NCBI GenBank assembly: GCA_964618805.1
Contig: CAZUBM010000017.1
Coordinates: 1-46,373, forward strand
DNA from: an uncultured Nitrososphaerota archaeon
GTDB taxonomy: Archaea > Korarchaeota > Korarchaeia > Korarchaeales > Korarchaeaceae
DNA length: 46,373 nucleotides
Reading direction: 5' to 3'
A program made the position numbers and the translations under genes. The notes under the pieces are model-generated. The model ran no database searches. It saw only the letters and a program-made list of their open reading frames with translations, and was not told the origin of the DNA. The stretch's first letter is position 1. Every line of letters starts with the position of its first letter. Of this stretch, positions 1 through 9,399 are shown one piece after another.

Positions 1-100
1 CTACATGAGCAGTCTCCCCAGTTAGGACATTGAAAAGCGTGCTCTTTCCAACATTTGGGTTATCCGATAGTGCAAGTATGACTGCTTTAGAATCACAGTT
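1..100 (-). pseudogene. feoB: 5' fragment of ferrous iron transporter FeoB (runs off window edge; apparently disrupted start)
   Basis: The minus strand reads ...KAVILALSDNPNVGKSTLFNVLTGETAHV, the FeoB G1 region, directly downstream of feoA. There is an in-frame TAG at 103-101, no in-frame ATG/GTG/TTG start, and D in place of the first P-loop Gly. Confidence 0.7.
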
Positions 101-164
101 CTACGAGACTGTTGGGAGTTTTGGGAACTCCTATTTTTGGGCACATAACTAGAATGAAGATTAA

Positions 165-434
165 TCAGCTTATTGGCTCCACTAGAATTCTTGATGCTAA
201 TCCTCTCCCTAAAGCTAGCCTTACTCCTCTCACTTCTATTATCAAAGGACCAAGTGAGTTCCTGATGACAATGATTTCAGATCCTGGTGACAGTCCCATC
301 TTCATGAGCCTTCTAACCATTCCTCGCCCTCCGAATATGTCAATAATTCTTGCTTTCTTTCCTTCTCCTATGAACGCCAAAGACAAGTGATTTCTAACAT
401 TTGTATTGTGTCTAGTTTTAGATCTCCCTCCCAT
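165..434 (-). CDS. feoA: Ferrous iron transport protein A (FeoA, SH3-like)
   Basis: RRLMKMGLSPGSEI...GPLIIEVRGVRLALGRGLASRILV is the FeoA signature, and the gene lies upstream of feoB. The true start may be downstream of 434. Confidence 0.92.
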   Translation of the reverse strand: MGGRSKTRHNTNVRNHLSLAFIGEGKKARIIDIFGGRGMVRRLMKMGLSPGSEIIVIRNSLGPLIIEVRGVRLALGRGLASRILVEPIS

Positions 435-460
435 TATTGCTGCACGGTTTGTTATTAATT

Positions 461-475
461 TTAGGTAAAACCTAA
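461..475. promoter_or_regulatory. Candidate DtxR/IdeR-family metal-repressor operator upstream of feoAB
   Basis: Inverted repeat TTAGGT-AAA-ACCTAA 27-41 nt upstream of the feoA ORF start. It resembles TTAGG/CCTAA DtxR half-sites. The sequence TAAAACCTAATT recurs at 581-592. Confidence 0.6.
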
Positions 476-729
476 TTTTTAATCTTGTCTATCCGGTAAT
501 GAAGATCGCACTTTGGGTAGTAAAAACAAACATAGCCAAACGTAGTGTGGAGAATAAGAGGATTATTCTGAAATCATGAATAAAACCTAATTAAATTCTC
601 TTTTCATGGAAATGAAGCCTCCTAGAAGGTAGTGAATAGAGTTTTGCTGGAAGTTTCTACGTTCTACTTTAACAGTTACGCCATAATACTCGTAAAGCTT
701 TTAGTATCAGTTGTGTAAATCAGCATGAG

Positions 730-1257
730 ATGTCATTTCCGAAGGTCTTGCTTTCCTTCCTGCTGATTTCCTTAATGGTCATTCCGATAACCTATACCTT
801 TTCCCTACCAGGTGTTGTTGTTATAGTTTCCAATTCAATAGATATCGATGCTGCTCGTCAACTTAACAGAGCCCTTTTAAACAGAGGAGTTTCTTGCTTT
901 ATCCTAAGACCTCACGAACTTTGGAAGGTTAAGCACTATCATGTGGATGCGATGATACTCTTAGGGGGACCTCAAGCATATGAGGGGGTTGGGGAGATTG
1001 TGGCTAGCTATCTAACCGATGAAGAGGAAGCAAGTTTGATGGAAGAAGGAGCTATGGGGTTCTTCGTGAAGTTTAAGGAGGGAATGAAGATCATAATTCT
1101 TGCAGGCAACACGAGGAATGAGACCAAGGAAGCTGTAACCTATTTCTTTGAGAAAGTCCTAGGCGTTATCAGGACTCCCATAACCAAGGGAATAAAGGCG
1201 AACGTTGTAATGGTTGTAGTAGGTACAAAGCCATCCTCTACACCCGTTGGGGGCTAG
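730..1257 (+). CDS. Secreted/cell-surface protein, S-layer C-terminal-like domain
   Basis: Hydrophobic N-terminal signal, SNSID and ILLGGPQAYEGVG motifs, IILAG..R..T segment. Confidence 0.55.
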   Translation: MSFPKVLLSFLLISLMVIPITYTFSLPGVVVIVSNSIDIDAARQLNRALLNRGVSCFILRPHELWKVKHYHVDAMILLGGPQAYEGVGEIVASYLTDEEEASLMEEGAMGFFVKFKEGMKIIILAGNTRNETKEAVTYFFEKVLGVIRTPITKGIKANVVMVVVGTKPSSTPVGG

Positions 1258-2113
1258 TTCCTTTCAACCAAAACCTGAAGATCACCATAATCGCTAGAAT
1301 TTCTATCATAATTGGAAGAACCCCACCTTCGGGACCAAAATCTCCACCAGTAATCCAATTAGGACCCAAAAGTTTGACTGTAAAGATCCAACTTCTTGGC
1401 TTTAATCCACTTAGAGGCATTCCGAATATTTTCTCTTCAGAGAAGTTCCACATGAAATGTAGCCCAATTGGGACCCAAATTTCATCGTAAACCAGAAAAC
1501 TTATGGCTAGCAAAAAACCAGCTACAGTCAGCCCCAAAACAGCCAATATACTCACATTCGGATTGTTTATATGGGCAATTCCAAAAGTCACTGAACTAAC
1601 GATAAGTGATGGCCATAAACCCGCCTTTCTGGCAGTGTTAAATACATAACCCCTAAAGATCAGTTCTTCATTATAGACTATGATAAGAGATGCCAGGACT
1701 TCTTGTAGAAGAACCGACATTTCAGGCCTAGTTGCGCTTCTTGACACAATGAGATATCCAAAACGGTAAAGAGATAGGAAAAATGAAAAAATAAGACAGA
1801 ATCCCATTATAGCGCCTATAATGAACCTTTTTAGTGCATTTTCAGAGTTCCTAAAGCCAAGATCAGCAAAACTCATTCCATTCCAGGTCTTCATGAAAAA
1901 GTAAGTGAATGCTGATGGAAATCCAAAGAGATAGCATATTAAAAGCAAATCTCCGTAAGCTTTGTCGATTCTGAGAAGAAGGGCTGATACAGACCGAATT
2001 AAAACCATGAAAAGGGCAAAGAACGTCAAAGCTTTTATTAAGGGGATGATTCCTTCCTCAGTCCACAGGCAACTGCCTGCTCTTTGTTGTTTGTTCCTTT
2101 CATATGCAAGCAA
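1238..2113 (-). CDS. CPBP (CAAX/Abi-type) intramembrane metalloprotease
   Basis: EELIFRG, FGIAH and HFMWN motifs in a multi-TM protein. The start is uncertain. Confidence 0.9.
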   Translation of the reverse strand: MLAYERNKQQRAGSCLWTEEGIIPLIKALTFFALFMVLIRSVSALLLRIDKAYGDLLLICYLFGFPSAFTYFFMKTWNGMSFADLGFRNSENALKRFIIGAIMGFCLIFSFFLSLYRFGYLIVSRSATRPEMSVLLQEVLASLIIVYNEELIFRGYVFNTARKAGLWPSLIVSSVTFGIAHINNPNVSILAVLGLTVAGFLLAISFLVYDEIWVPIGLHFMWNFSEEKIFGMPLSGLKPRSWIFTVKLLGPNWITGGDFGPEGGVLPIMIEILAIMVIFRFWLKGTSPQRV

Positions 2114-2351
2114 ATCGATCCTCTCACAATAGTTCTTTGTTCAAAATGAACTCCTTGCTTAACTTATAGCCATAAACATAATAGTATTTGAATACTCATT
2201 ATGAGAAAAAGTCATAATTTCAATTAAAATGGCATTAACGCTCTTATAGATCCCTTTAGACATCGGTTAGATATTTTAATGACAAAATCTCATTCAATAG
2301 GACATCATATACTCTAACTAGTCGATATGCTCGACCATCGGGGGGAATACT

Positions 2352-4616
2352 ATGGACATGGATATCATTGAGGAAATATTTGATAGAGCTGCCTTTGAGG
2401 CTCTAAAAAGTGGAGAGAGGAGAATGCTTGTCGTTGCGGGAGAAGGAAGTCTTGACATCCTCTCACTTTTAGTTAACCGATACGCTAAACTCAGAGAAGG
2501 AAAAACGCAGTTGTTATATTCGAATACTAGCGTAGGCGGCGAACTCCTAGGTCTTGATATCGTTCTTAGCAATTTAGGGAAGAAGATAGAACCCACGATC
2601 TTGGATTTCGATGACAGCGAAGAAGCTATGGGAGAAACGTGGGATGTATTGCTTGCAGACTTCTCAGTTCAGATGAGGGCAAATGACATTGGAAGGCTCG
2701 TGGAAACAATAAGAGGAGGTGGTCTTGTTCTTTTCGCAATACCAAGTCTAAAGGTATGGCTCAATACCTTAACCCTTTTCCAGAGGAAGTTAGTGTCCCC
2801 TCCATTTAGCGAGAGGGATGTAAAGCAAGCTTTCAAGAGGAGGTTTATCTCAAAGCTGAGAGGTAGGCCGGGAGTTTGGTTCGTAGATATAGATTCTGGG
2901 GATATTGAAGGAATTCCTAGGAACTTAGCTCCTAGGCCTATGCCTAAACCAAACGGAAAAGGCCCTGTGAAATCGCTTGCCTTGACAGAAGAACAGCTTA
3001 GGGTAATTGACGGTATTGCGGATTTAGCAGAAGCTAGAGGAAAGAGCGCAATGGTGATAATAGCGGATAGAGGTAGAGGAAAATCTGCAGCCCTTGGACT
3101 GGGCTTATCTCAACTTGTGGCTCAAGGGATTTGGAGGAGGATAGTGGTTACAGCGCCGACCCTAAGGGGAGCTAAGACCTTGTTCCACTTCCTAAAACTA
3201 GGACTCAAGGCCCAAGGATTGAAGTTTAGGGAAAGCGTTAGAGATGATGTAACTACTAGAATATCCTCTGGAAGATGTTCAGTGGTATACATGAGCCCTG
3301 TGCGAGCTGCTGAAGTCAAATCTAGAGTGAAGGTGGTAGACGAAGCTGCCAGCATTCCAACCTACATTTTGTTCTCAATTTTGAGATCATCAAAGCTCGC
3401 CATATTTTCAACCACAGTACATGGTTACGAAGGTGCCGGAAGAAGCTTTTCACTCAGGTTTCTGGAAAGACTGAGAAAGATGAGAGGACTTGACCTTATG
3501 GAAATAAGGATGAAAACACCGATACGATACCCTGAAGGCGATCCTGTAGAAAAATGGCTCTATGAATTCCTGTTATTGGATGCAGAACCGGCAGATATTG
3601 AAAGAGAGGAATTTGAACCCAAGGAACTGGAATTTTCTAAATTAGATGTTGAAAATGCCTCTGAAGAAGTTCTAAAGCAGTTCTATGGGATATATGTCCT
3701 CGCACATTATAGAAATAGGCCGAATGATCTTGCTTTACTCTTAGACGCCCCTCATCACACAGCTTGGGCTTTAACCCAGGATAATAAAGTCCTAGTATCT
3801 GTCCAACTTGCAGAAGAGGGAAAACTGCTTCCTGAAATGGCTGAAGAAATGCTCAAAGGGTGGGAGCCTCCTGGCCACATGATACCTAACAGAATGGTAC
3901 TTCATTATGGTTTCAAGGACTTTGCTAGGCTTTGGGGATGGAGGATCGTTAGAATAGCAACTCATCCATCTCTTCAAGGCAAGGGTTTAGGTTCTCTCGT
4001 CTTAAAGGAGCTAGAACAAAAAGCAACAGATAGAGGTATGGACTGGATTGGAGCTGGCTTTGGAGCATCACCAAGGCTTCTCAACTTCTGGCTAAAGAAC
4101 GGATTCATTCCAGTACACATTAGCCCTAGCAGGAATCCAACCTCAGGGGAATTTAGCGTCTTCGTTTTGAAGCCATTGAACAAGCGGACAAGGAAGATGA
4201 TTGACGCAATGTCCTATGAGTTCAAGAGCAGGCTCCTTGGATCCTTACATGACGTATACTTTACCCTCTCTCCTTCTGTAGCCAGACTTCTATTAACTTC
4301 AGGATCCTTCAAAGTAAAGCTAAAACTCAGTATGTCCCAGAGAAGGAGGCTAAAGGGCTATCTGCTTGGAACTCACACATACGAGATGACAGCTGATGCA
4401 ATAAAGGCCATAGTCCAGCACTACTTCATTAAAGGTTGTGATATAAGACCTCTAAAACCTTGGGAAGAGGACTTAGTTGTAGCAAAAACCTTACAAGGGA
4501 GGGGATGGGATCTAATTAAGAGAATCTTCAAAATGGATAAACCCTTGGATGCTTACAGAGAAATTATCGGGAGGCTAGTGAGACACTATGTCCAAAAGGA
4601 AGGTCTTACGCTTTAA
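2352..4616 (+). CDS. tmcA: RNA cytidine N4-acetyltransferase TmcA/Nat10 (helicase + GNAT)
   Basis: ADRGRGKSA Walker A, VDEAA, STTVHGYEGAGRSF, PIRY..GDPVEKWL, AHYRNRPNDL and RIVRIATHP..QGKGLGS motifs; 754 aa. Confidence 0.96.
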   Translation: MDMDIIEEIFDRAAFEALKSGERRMLVVAGEGSLDILSLLVNRYAKLREGKTQLLYSNTSVGGELLGLDIVLSNLGKKIEPTILDFDDSEEAMGETWDVLLADFSVQMRANDIGRLVETIRGGGLVLFAIPSLKVWLNTLTLFQRKLVSPPFSERDVKQAFKRRFISKLRGRPGVWFVDIDSGDIEGIPRNLAPRPMPKPNGKGPVKSLALTEEQLRVIDGIADLAEARGKSAMVIIADRGRGKSAALGLGLSQLVAQGIWRRIVVTAPTLRGAKTLFHFLKLGLKAQGLKFRESVRDDVTTRISSGRCSVVYMSPVRAAEVKSRVKVVDEAASIPTYILFSILRSSKLAIFSTTVHGYEGAGRSFSLRFLERLRKMRGLDLMEIRMKTPIRYPEGDPVEKWLYEFLLLDAEPADIEREEFEPKELEFSKLDVENASEEVLKQFYGIYVLAHYRNRPNDLALLLDAPHHTAWALTQDNKVLVSVQLAEEGKLLPEMAEEMLKGWEPPGHMIPNRMVLHYGFKDFARLWGWRIVRIATHPSLQGKGLGSLVLKELEQKATDRGMDWIGAGFGASPRLLNFWLKNGFIPVHISPSRNPTSGEFSVFVLKPLNKRTRKMIDAMSYEFKSRLLGSLHDVYFTLSPSVARLLLTSGSFKVKLKLSMSQRRRLKGYLLGTHTYEMTADAIKAIVQHYFIKGCDIRPLKPWEEDLVVAKTLQGRGWDLIKRIFKMDKPLDAYREIIGRLVRHYVQKEGLTL

Positions 4617-4923
4617 GAAGAAATATGAAAAGAGCATTCTATCAAGAAAGAAGAAAACGACTATTAGACTTAGGACAGAACTGAAAGTTGGAGATGATGT
4701 GATAATTAGGGCTGGAAGAGAGGACATCGCAGATGCAAGGATAACTTCCGTAAGAACTGCCAAGATTAAAGATCTAACAGATGAGCACGCTATGCAAGAT
4801 GGTTTTGGAAGCAGAGAAGAGCTAATAAACGAGTTAGAATCTATTTATGGGAAGCTAGATGAAGATACAGAGATAAAGATATTGGAATTTCGTCTGACAC
4901 GCAAAAGATTAAAAAAAGAGTAG
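4588..4923 (+). CDS. ASCH-domain protein (YqfB-like)
   Basis: IL..KKxTTIR and LTDEHAMQDGF...L..IY ASCH motifs; overlaps the tmcA 3' end by 29 nt. Confidence 0.9.
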   Translation: MSKRKVLRFKKKYEKSILSRKKKTTIRLRTELKVGDDVIIRAGREDIADARITSVRTAKIKDLTDEHAMQDGFGSREELINELESIYGKLDEDTEIKILEFRLTRKRLKKE

Positions 4924-5022
4924 CTATTTTCATGTGATTTTGGTCTAATTTGTCTGTTTCAAATGGTTTCAACTCATTTCTGAAATATTCCTTAAATCTT
5001 AACGGGTCGTCAGGTTAATACG

Positions 5023-6042
5023 ATGAACTTAAAAGCTCTTACAAAAAGGACCTCCTTTATTTTGGTCCTAATCTTATGCTTTTCTCCTGTTTCACATTTA
5101 GTAGCCGAAGAAAACATAAATAATCAATCTGAAGTCTCACAACAGCTATTATCAATTTATTTTAGAGCCTATTCTTTCGTTTTGGGCAAAATTGAGGTTT
5201 CTAACATAAGCCTTGAGACAAATCTATCTATCTCTGGCGTTTGTTGCTTAGATATTAATTTAAGCAGAGAAATGAGCATAAAGGAACTGTTAAACCTGAG
5301 CTATTCTTTAGCAATAGAGGCCAACATGCTGGTCGATGAAGGAAATTACTCAGATGCTTGTTTATTGGTGAAAAAAGCGTTAAACCTACTGAGGTCTATA
5401 CTCACAGAGATCCATAAGATCCAAGTAGCTTCAAATTTGACTATTACTCCGGTTGGAACAATAGCAAGGCTTCAAGTGGCATTTGAAAGGCACAAAAGGC
5501 TGCTATCTAGATTAAATCTCAGCATACAGAAGATGCAGAACATTACAGAGATCAATACAACCCTGATAAACCAGTTGTATCTCAATATATCTAATATTCT
5601 AGAAAAAGGACCTGAGATTGCAATGCATAACTTAACTCAAGCCGTTAAGATGTTATCAGAAGCTAACAAGGCAATGACAGAGATTAAGAAAGAGGTCGTT
5701 AAGTCCTCTCAGATAGCTAAAGCTGAAGAAATGTTTAACAGGACTCTTTCTAAGCTAAACTTAACAGCAGTGCCAGAGGACATCTCATCAGTAATTTCAA
5801 ATCTTACGAAGGAATTCAACGAAGCTAAAGCCCGAGGAGATGTGAAGAAGGCAAAGGAAGTCCTTAAAGAGATAAAAACAACAATTGCTCAAATAGAGCG
5901 AAAAGTTAAGGCAGAAATTAAGCAGAAGGGTGTGAAGGAAGTAAAACCTCCTCATACGAAGCCTCCGGCTGAAGAGAAGCCTCCAGAGGAAAAGGGTAAA
6001 GGTAAAGGTGAAAGCAAAGGAAAGGGTAAAGGTAAAGGCTGA
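5023..6042 (+). CDS. Secreted helical protein with many N-glycosylation sequons and a Lys/Gly tail
   Basis: Signal peptide, numerous NxS/T sequons, C-terminal KPP repeats and KGKGKGESKGKGKGKG. Confidence 0.75.
   Translation: MNLKALTKRTSFILVLILCFSPVSHLVAEENINNQSEVSQQLLSIYFRAYSFVLGKIEVSNISLETNLSISGVCCLDINLSREMSIKELLNLSYSLAIEANMLVDEGNYSDACLLVKKALNLLRSILTEIHKIQVASNLTITPVGTIARLQVAFERHKRLLSRLNLSIQKMQNITEINTTLINQLYLNISNILEKGPEIAMHNLTQAVKMLSEANKAMTEIKKEVVKSSQIAKAEEMFNRTLSKLNLTAVPEDISSVISNLTKEFNEAKARGDVKKAKEVLKEIKTTIAQIERKVKAEIKQKGVKEVKPPHTKPPAEEKPPEEKGKGKGESKGKGKGKG
5991..6038 (+). repeat. 18-bp direct repeat encoding the KG tail
   Basis: AAAGGGTAAAGGTAAAGG at 5991-6008 and again at 6021-6038. Confidence 0.85.
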
Positions 6043-6104
6043 AAGATTATTTCAAATTAGATAACAAAATTTTTTTTACAAGATGATTCAAAACTTCTTA
6101 CAGA

Positions 6105-6998
6105 ATGAAAAAGCCATCCGTCATATTACTATTACTACTCATCACACCTCATTGCTTGCTATGTAGGTCTCAAGAAATTGAAATAGAGGATCTTGTTCTT
6201 CTTGTCTTTGAAGATGGGTATGTAGAAGTTTCTTATTTGGTGAGACTCACTGGAGAGGAAGTAGAAGTAGAACTTCCCTTGATAGGAGAACCTGAAGAAG
6301 GATTTATGGTAATTACCGATGAAAAAAGTCTCCTTCTCAACTATGAAATCAAAGATGAAAAGGTGATCGTCGAATCCCTTGGTGCTGAATTAGTTAACGT
6401 AACATATCACACCAAGATGATCACAAAGATGGAAGCAGGGGTGTGGACAATAAATATAACATCTCCATCCAACAGAACGACCATAAGACTGCCTAAGAAT
6501 TCGATAATTATGGGTTTGAGCAGTATACCTGTCTCTATCTCTAAGGAAGATGGAAGAACAGTTTTAGTCTTTGATGTTAAAGGGCTTATTTGGACAAGTT
6601 ATGTTATTGAGCTAGAAACTCCAACCCCTTCTCCAACTTCTTCTTCTGGAGAGCCTTCTCCTACCCCACCAAAGACAGAGATTAGAGAAGAAAGCTTCTA
6701 TACTTGGTTTGTGCCCGTTTTAGCAGGCTTTGTATTTATCCTCTTTCTACTAATTATTAGCCTAAAGAGACCAAGAAAAGTAGTCGTAAAGATAGAAGAA
6801 CTTCCTTACGTTGATAGACTCATAATTGAGGAGCTAAAAGCAAGAGGCGGAAGTGCTTTTCAATCTGAGTTAATTAGGGTACTTGAATTACCAAAAACGA
6901 CGGTTTGGCGGCATTTAAAGGGCCTGGAGGAAGAAGGATTAATTGAAATAAAGAAAATTAGGGGTATGAATCATATTAGGCTAAGGGAACTCAAGTAA
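6105..6998 (+). CDS. Membrane-anchored wHTH transcriptional regulator (COG2512-like)
   Basis: Signal peptide, beta-rich extracellular domain, P/T/S linker, one TM helix, then C-terminal QSELIRVLELPKTTVWRHLKGLEEEGLIEI wHTH. Confidence 0.85.
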   Translation: MKKPSVILLLLLITPHCLLCRSQEIEIEDLVLLVFEDGYVEVSYLVRLTGEEVEVELPLIGEPEEGFMVITDEKSLLLNYEIKDEKVIVESLGAELVNVTYHTKMITKMEAGVWTINITSPSNRTTIRLPKNSIIMGLSSIPVSISKEDGRTVLVFDVKGLIWTSYVIELETPTPSPTSSSGEPSPTPPKTEIREESFYTWFVPVLAGFVFILFLLIISLKRPRKVVVKIEELPYVDRLIIEELKARGGSAFQSELIRVLELPKTTVWRHLKGLEEEGLIEIKKIRGMNHIRLRELK

Positions 6999-7122
6999 AA
7001 ATCTAAGATGAGCCCAATTTTAGCAAAGTGTAAATTCTCTATGGATATGAGCAACGGTCAAGGGCTCTTGACAAGTTATGATTGTGGCAAATATCATAAT
7101 TTTAGGTTTTCTGTAATTCCAC

Positions 7123-7644
7123 TTATTTAAGCTCTTTTGCAATAGAGAGAATATCCCCTGGTTTTAAGAGAGAGATACCCGTTAAAGGTCCTACTATCTC
7201 GATCAGAATGATCCTATCTGGATTGTCTAAGTTTACCTTTCTATCTATCTTGGAAGCAGCTGCTTTTATGACTTCCATAGTTTTTAGTTCGGTGTGTCTT
7301 TTCTCTACAGTTATCCTGAAGGTCTCATCTTCCCCTATCAGACTACCAAATTCTTTAGCAACTTTTTCTATCTCCTCTAGACTCGTTTTAACGATTTTTT
7401 GTATAGGAATAGCTCTTTTAATGTATAGAAAAGATACAGGCCTCTTCTTTAAGAGTTCTCTCATTTTCTGAATAGCCTCTAGAGGATCTATGCTTGTCTT
7501 TGCGGTAAGAAGACCTCTTATGTGAGTTTTCTCCACGATTGGGTTTAGATCTCCTATTTGTTTCAAAACAGCTAATGTTTCTATTCTAGCATCTTCTTCT
7601 TGTCCTCTTGCACAGGTAATTAGGAGGTTAAAATCCTCCAGCAA
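7123..7644 (-). CDS. Stand-alone THUMP-domain protein (Tan1/THUMPD1-like)
   Basis: FNLLITC..G.E, RAIPI, ETFRITVEKR and KVNLDNPD.IILIEI motifs; no catalytic domain attached; TTG start. Confidence 0.88.
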   Translation of the reverse strand: MLEDFNLLITCARGQEEDARIETLAVLKQIGDLNPIVEKTHIRGLLTAKTSIDPLEAIQKMRELLKKRPVSFLYIKRAIPIQKIVKTSLEEIEKVAKEFGSLIGEDETFRITVEKRHTELKTMEVIKAAASKIDRKVNLDNPDRIILIEIVGPLTGISLLKPGDILSIAKELK

Positions 7645-7666
7645 TTAGATACACCTAACAGAAGGA

Positions 7667-8431
7667 TTATGTGCCCTCCTCCAATGCTTCTCTAGCTAGT
7701 TCAATCATTCTCTGAGCAGCTCTTATATTAGCTTTTACCTTAACTCTCTTTCCTGTTGAAAGGAATTCTTCAGCCTCTTCTAGTAATTTCTCAGCTCTTT
7801 TCAACCTGCCTTCGGCTTTACTTATTCTTTTTCCCTCGCTTCTAGCGAGGTCAATTTCTTCCTTGAGAACAGTTAGATCAGTATAGACTTCCTCGAGCTG
7901 ACTCTCAAGTTCCCTTACGACCTCCCTCCTTGCACCTATAGCCGCCTCCTTTCCTCTTTTAATTCCTCTTAGTTCGCTCTCTACTGCTTGAATGGTCTCT
8001 GCTAACATCCTTGAGAATTCAGTAGCCTCATTCATCGCTGTGTTGAAGCCATCGTATACTCCGCTTGCTCCACCAGCAGCCAGCCCTCCAACTAAACTTA
8101 GCAGCCTATCCTTGTTGCTCTCTTCAAAGAGGCTGCTGACTATTGTGCTGAGTCCTCCACCAGTTATAGCTCCCCAAATTCCCTTTCTAAGGATACCGCC
8201 GCCACTCACCTGATAAACCGCTTTAATGTCCTTCCCTAACGGCATTACGATGAGATCACCCCTTTCGTCCATATACTTCACTTTAAACTTCGCTAGATCG
8301 GATTCCACATGCTGCTCGAGAATGGCTGTACCTCTAAGAGCTAATTGAGACATTAGCCTTTCTACGAAGTCATCAAAGTATTCCGAGAGATCTTGTACAA
8401 AATAGACAAAGGATGAGACCGAGTAAGGCAT
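7667..8431 (-). CDS. Hypothetical protein with Gly-rich hairpin and C-terminal coiled coil
   Basis: 254-aa ORF with a TATA-like CTTTTAAT about 25 nt upstream; GxxxG-rich segments and heptad helices. Confidence 0.75.
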   Translation of the reverse strand: MPYSVSSFVYFVQDLSEYFDDFVERLMSQLALRGTAILEQHVESDLAKFKVKYMDERGDLIVMPLGKDIKAVYQVSGGGILRKGIWGAITGGGLSTIVSSLFEESNKDRLLSLVGGLAAGGASGVYDGFNTAMNEATEFSRMLAETIQAVESELRGIKRGKEAAIGARREVVRELESQLEEVYTDLTVLKEEIDLARSEGKRISKAEGRLKRAEKLLEEAEEFLSTGKRVKVKANIRAAQRMIELAREALEEGT

Positions 8432-8514
8432 AAGTACCTTTCTTCATCTACTATTAAAAGAGTTTTGTTTAGTTGGATTAAGTAAATAACTGATTCCGGA
8501 CTACACGCTTTCTA

Positions 8515-9399
8515 TCACGCATAAGCCTCAGCAATAACCTTGTTTCTGAGTTTTCCGATTCCTTCTATTTCAATTTCGACAAGATCTCCAGGTTTTAAGA
8601 ACTTTGGTTCTGGCTTCATGAATACCCCTACTCCTGCAGGTGTACCGGTCGCTATGACGTCACAGGGCTCCAACGTCATGACCCGACTCAAGTGATGGAC
8701 TACCTCATAAACGCTGAACACCATGTTGCTTGTCGACGAGTCCTGACGTAGCTCTCCATTAACCCAAGTACGGATCCTAAGATTTTCAGGGTTCTTAATC
8801 TGATCTTTAGTTGCTATGCATGGACCCATAGGTGCAAATGTATCAAAACTCTTCCCTCTAGTCCACTGTCTGTCTTTGAACTGAATGTCTCTGGCCGTAA
8901 CATCATTAAAAATGGTATAGCCAAATATGTACTCCCTTGCCTCTGATATGGGTATGTACTTCCCCTTCTTACCTATTATTACTGCTAGTTCTCCTTCATA
9001 ATCGAGCTTTTTGACGAAATCAGGCTTTACTATGGGCTGATTTGGCCCTACGATTGAAGTCCTTGGCTTCATAAATATTATGGGCTCGTCTGGTATCCTT
9101 GCTCCTTGCTCAGCCGCATGATCCCAATAGTTTAGCCCCAAACATATTATTTTAGGAGGATTAAGTATTGGAGCGAGGAGCTTTACTTCATTTAGGTCGA
9201 TCGAGAACTCCTTCCTATCCCTTTCAGAGACTTCATTTACTAGCCTTTCTACATCTAAAACAGCTTTAGTTCCCATATTTATGAAATCCTCAACTCTTTT
9301 TGGTAGCCAATCAAATAGAAAGGGTAGAATTAAGATCCTGCCTCCATCTAGCAGGCCATAGAGGTCCTCTTCGTTGTATAGAAAGCGAATTAATTTCAT
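8515..9399 (-). CDS. Fumarylacetoacetate hydrolase family protein
   Basis: KIICLGLNY..HA.E, LDYEGELAV, NDVTARD, GKSFDTF.PMGP and ATGTP.GVG motifs. Confidence 0.95.
   Translation of the reverse strand: MKLIRFLYNEEDLYGLLDGGRILILPFLFDWLPKRVEDFINMGTKAVLDVERLVNEVSERDRKEFSIDLNEVKLLAPILNPPKIICLGLNYWDHAAEQGARIPDEPIIFMKPRTSIVGPNQPIVKPDFVKKLDYEGELAVIIGKKGKYIPISEAREYIFGYTIFNDVTARDIQFKDRQWTRGKSFDTFAPMGPCIATKDQIKNPENLRIRTWVNGELRQDSSTSNMVFSVYEVVHHLSRVMTLEPCDVIATGTPAGVGVFMKPEPKFLKPGDLVEIEIEGIGKLRNKVIAEAYA

Noticed and set aside
112-390. 92-aa plus-strand ORF
   Set aside because: It is the antisense shadow of feoA.
499-579. 26-codon ORF (MKIALWVVK...) between feoA and the surface protein gene
   Set aside because: It is short, with no recognisable motif or supporting signals.
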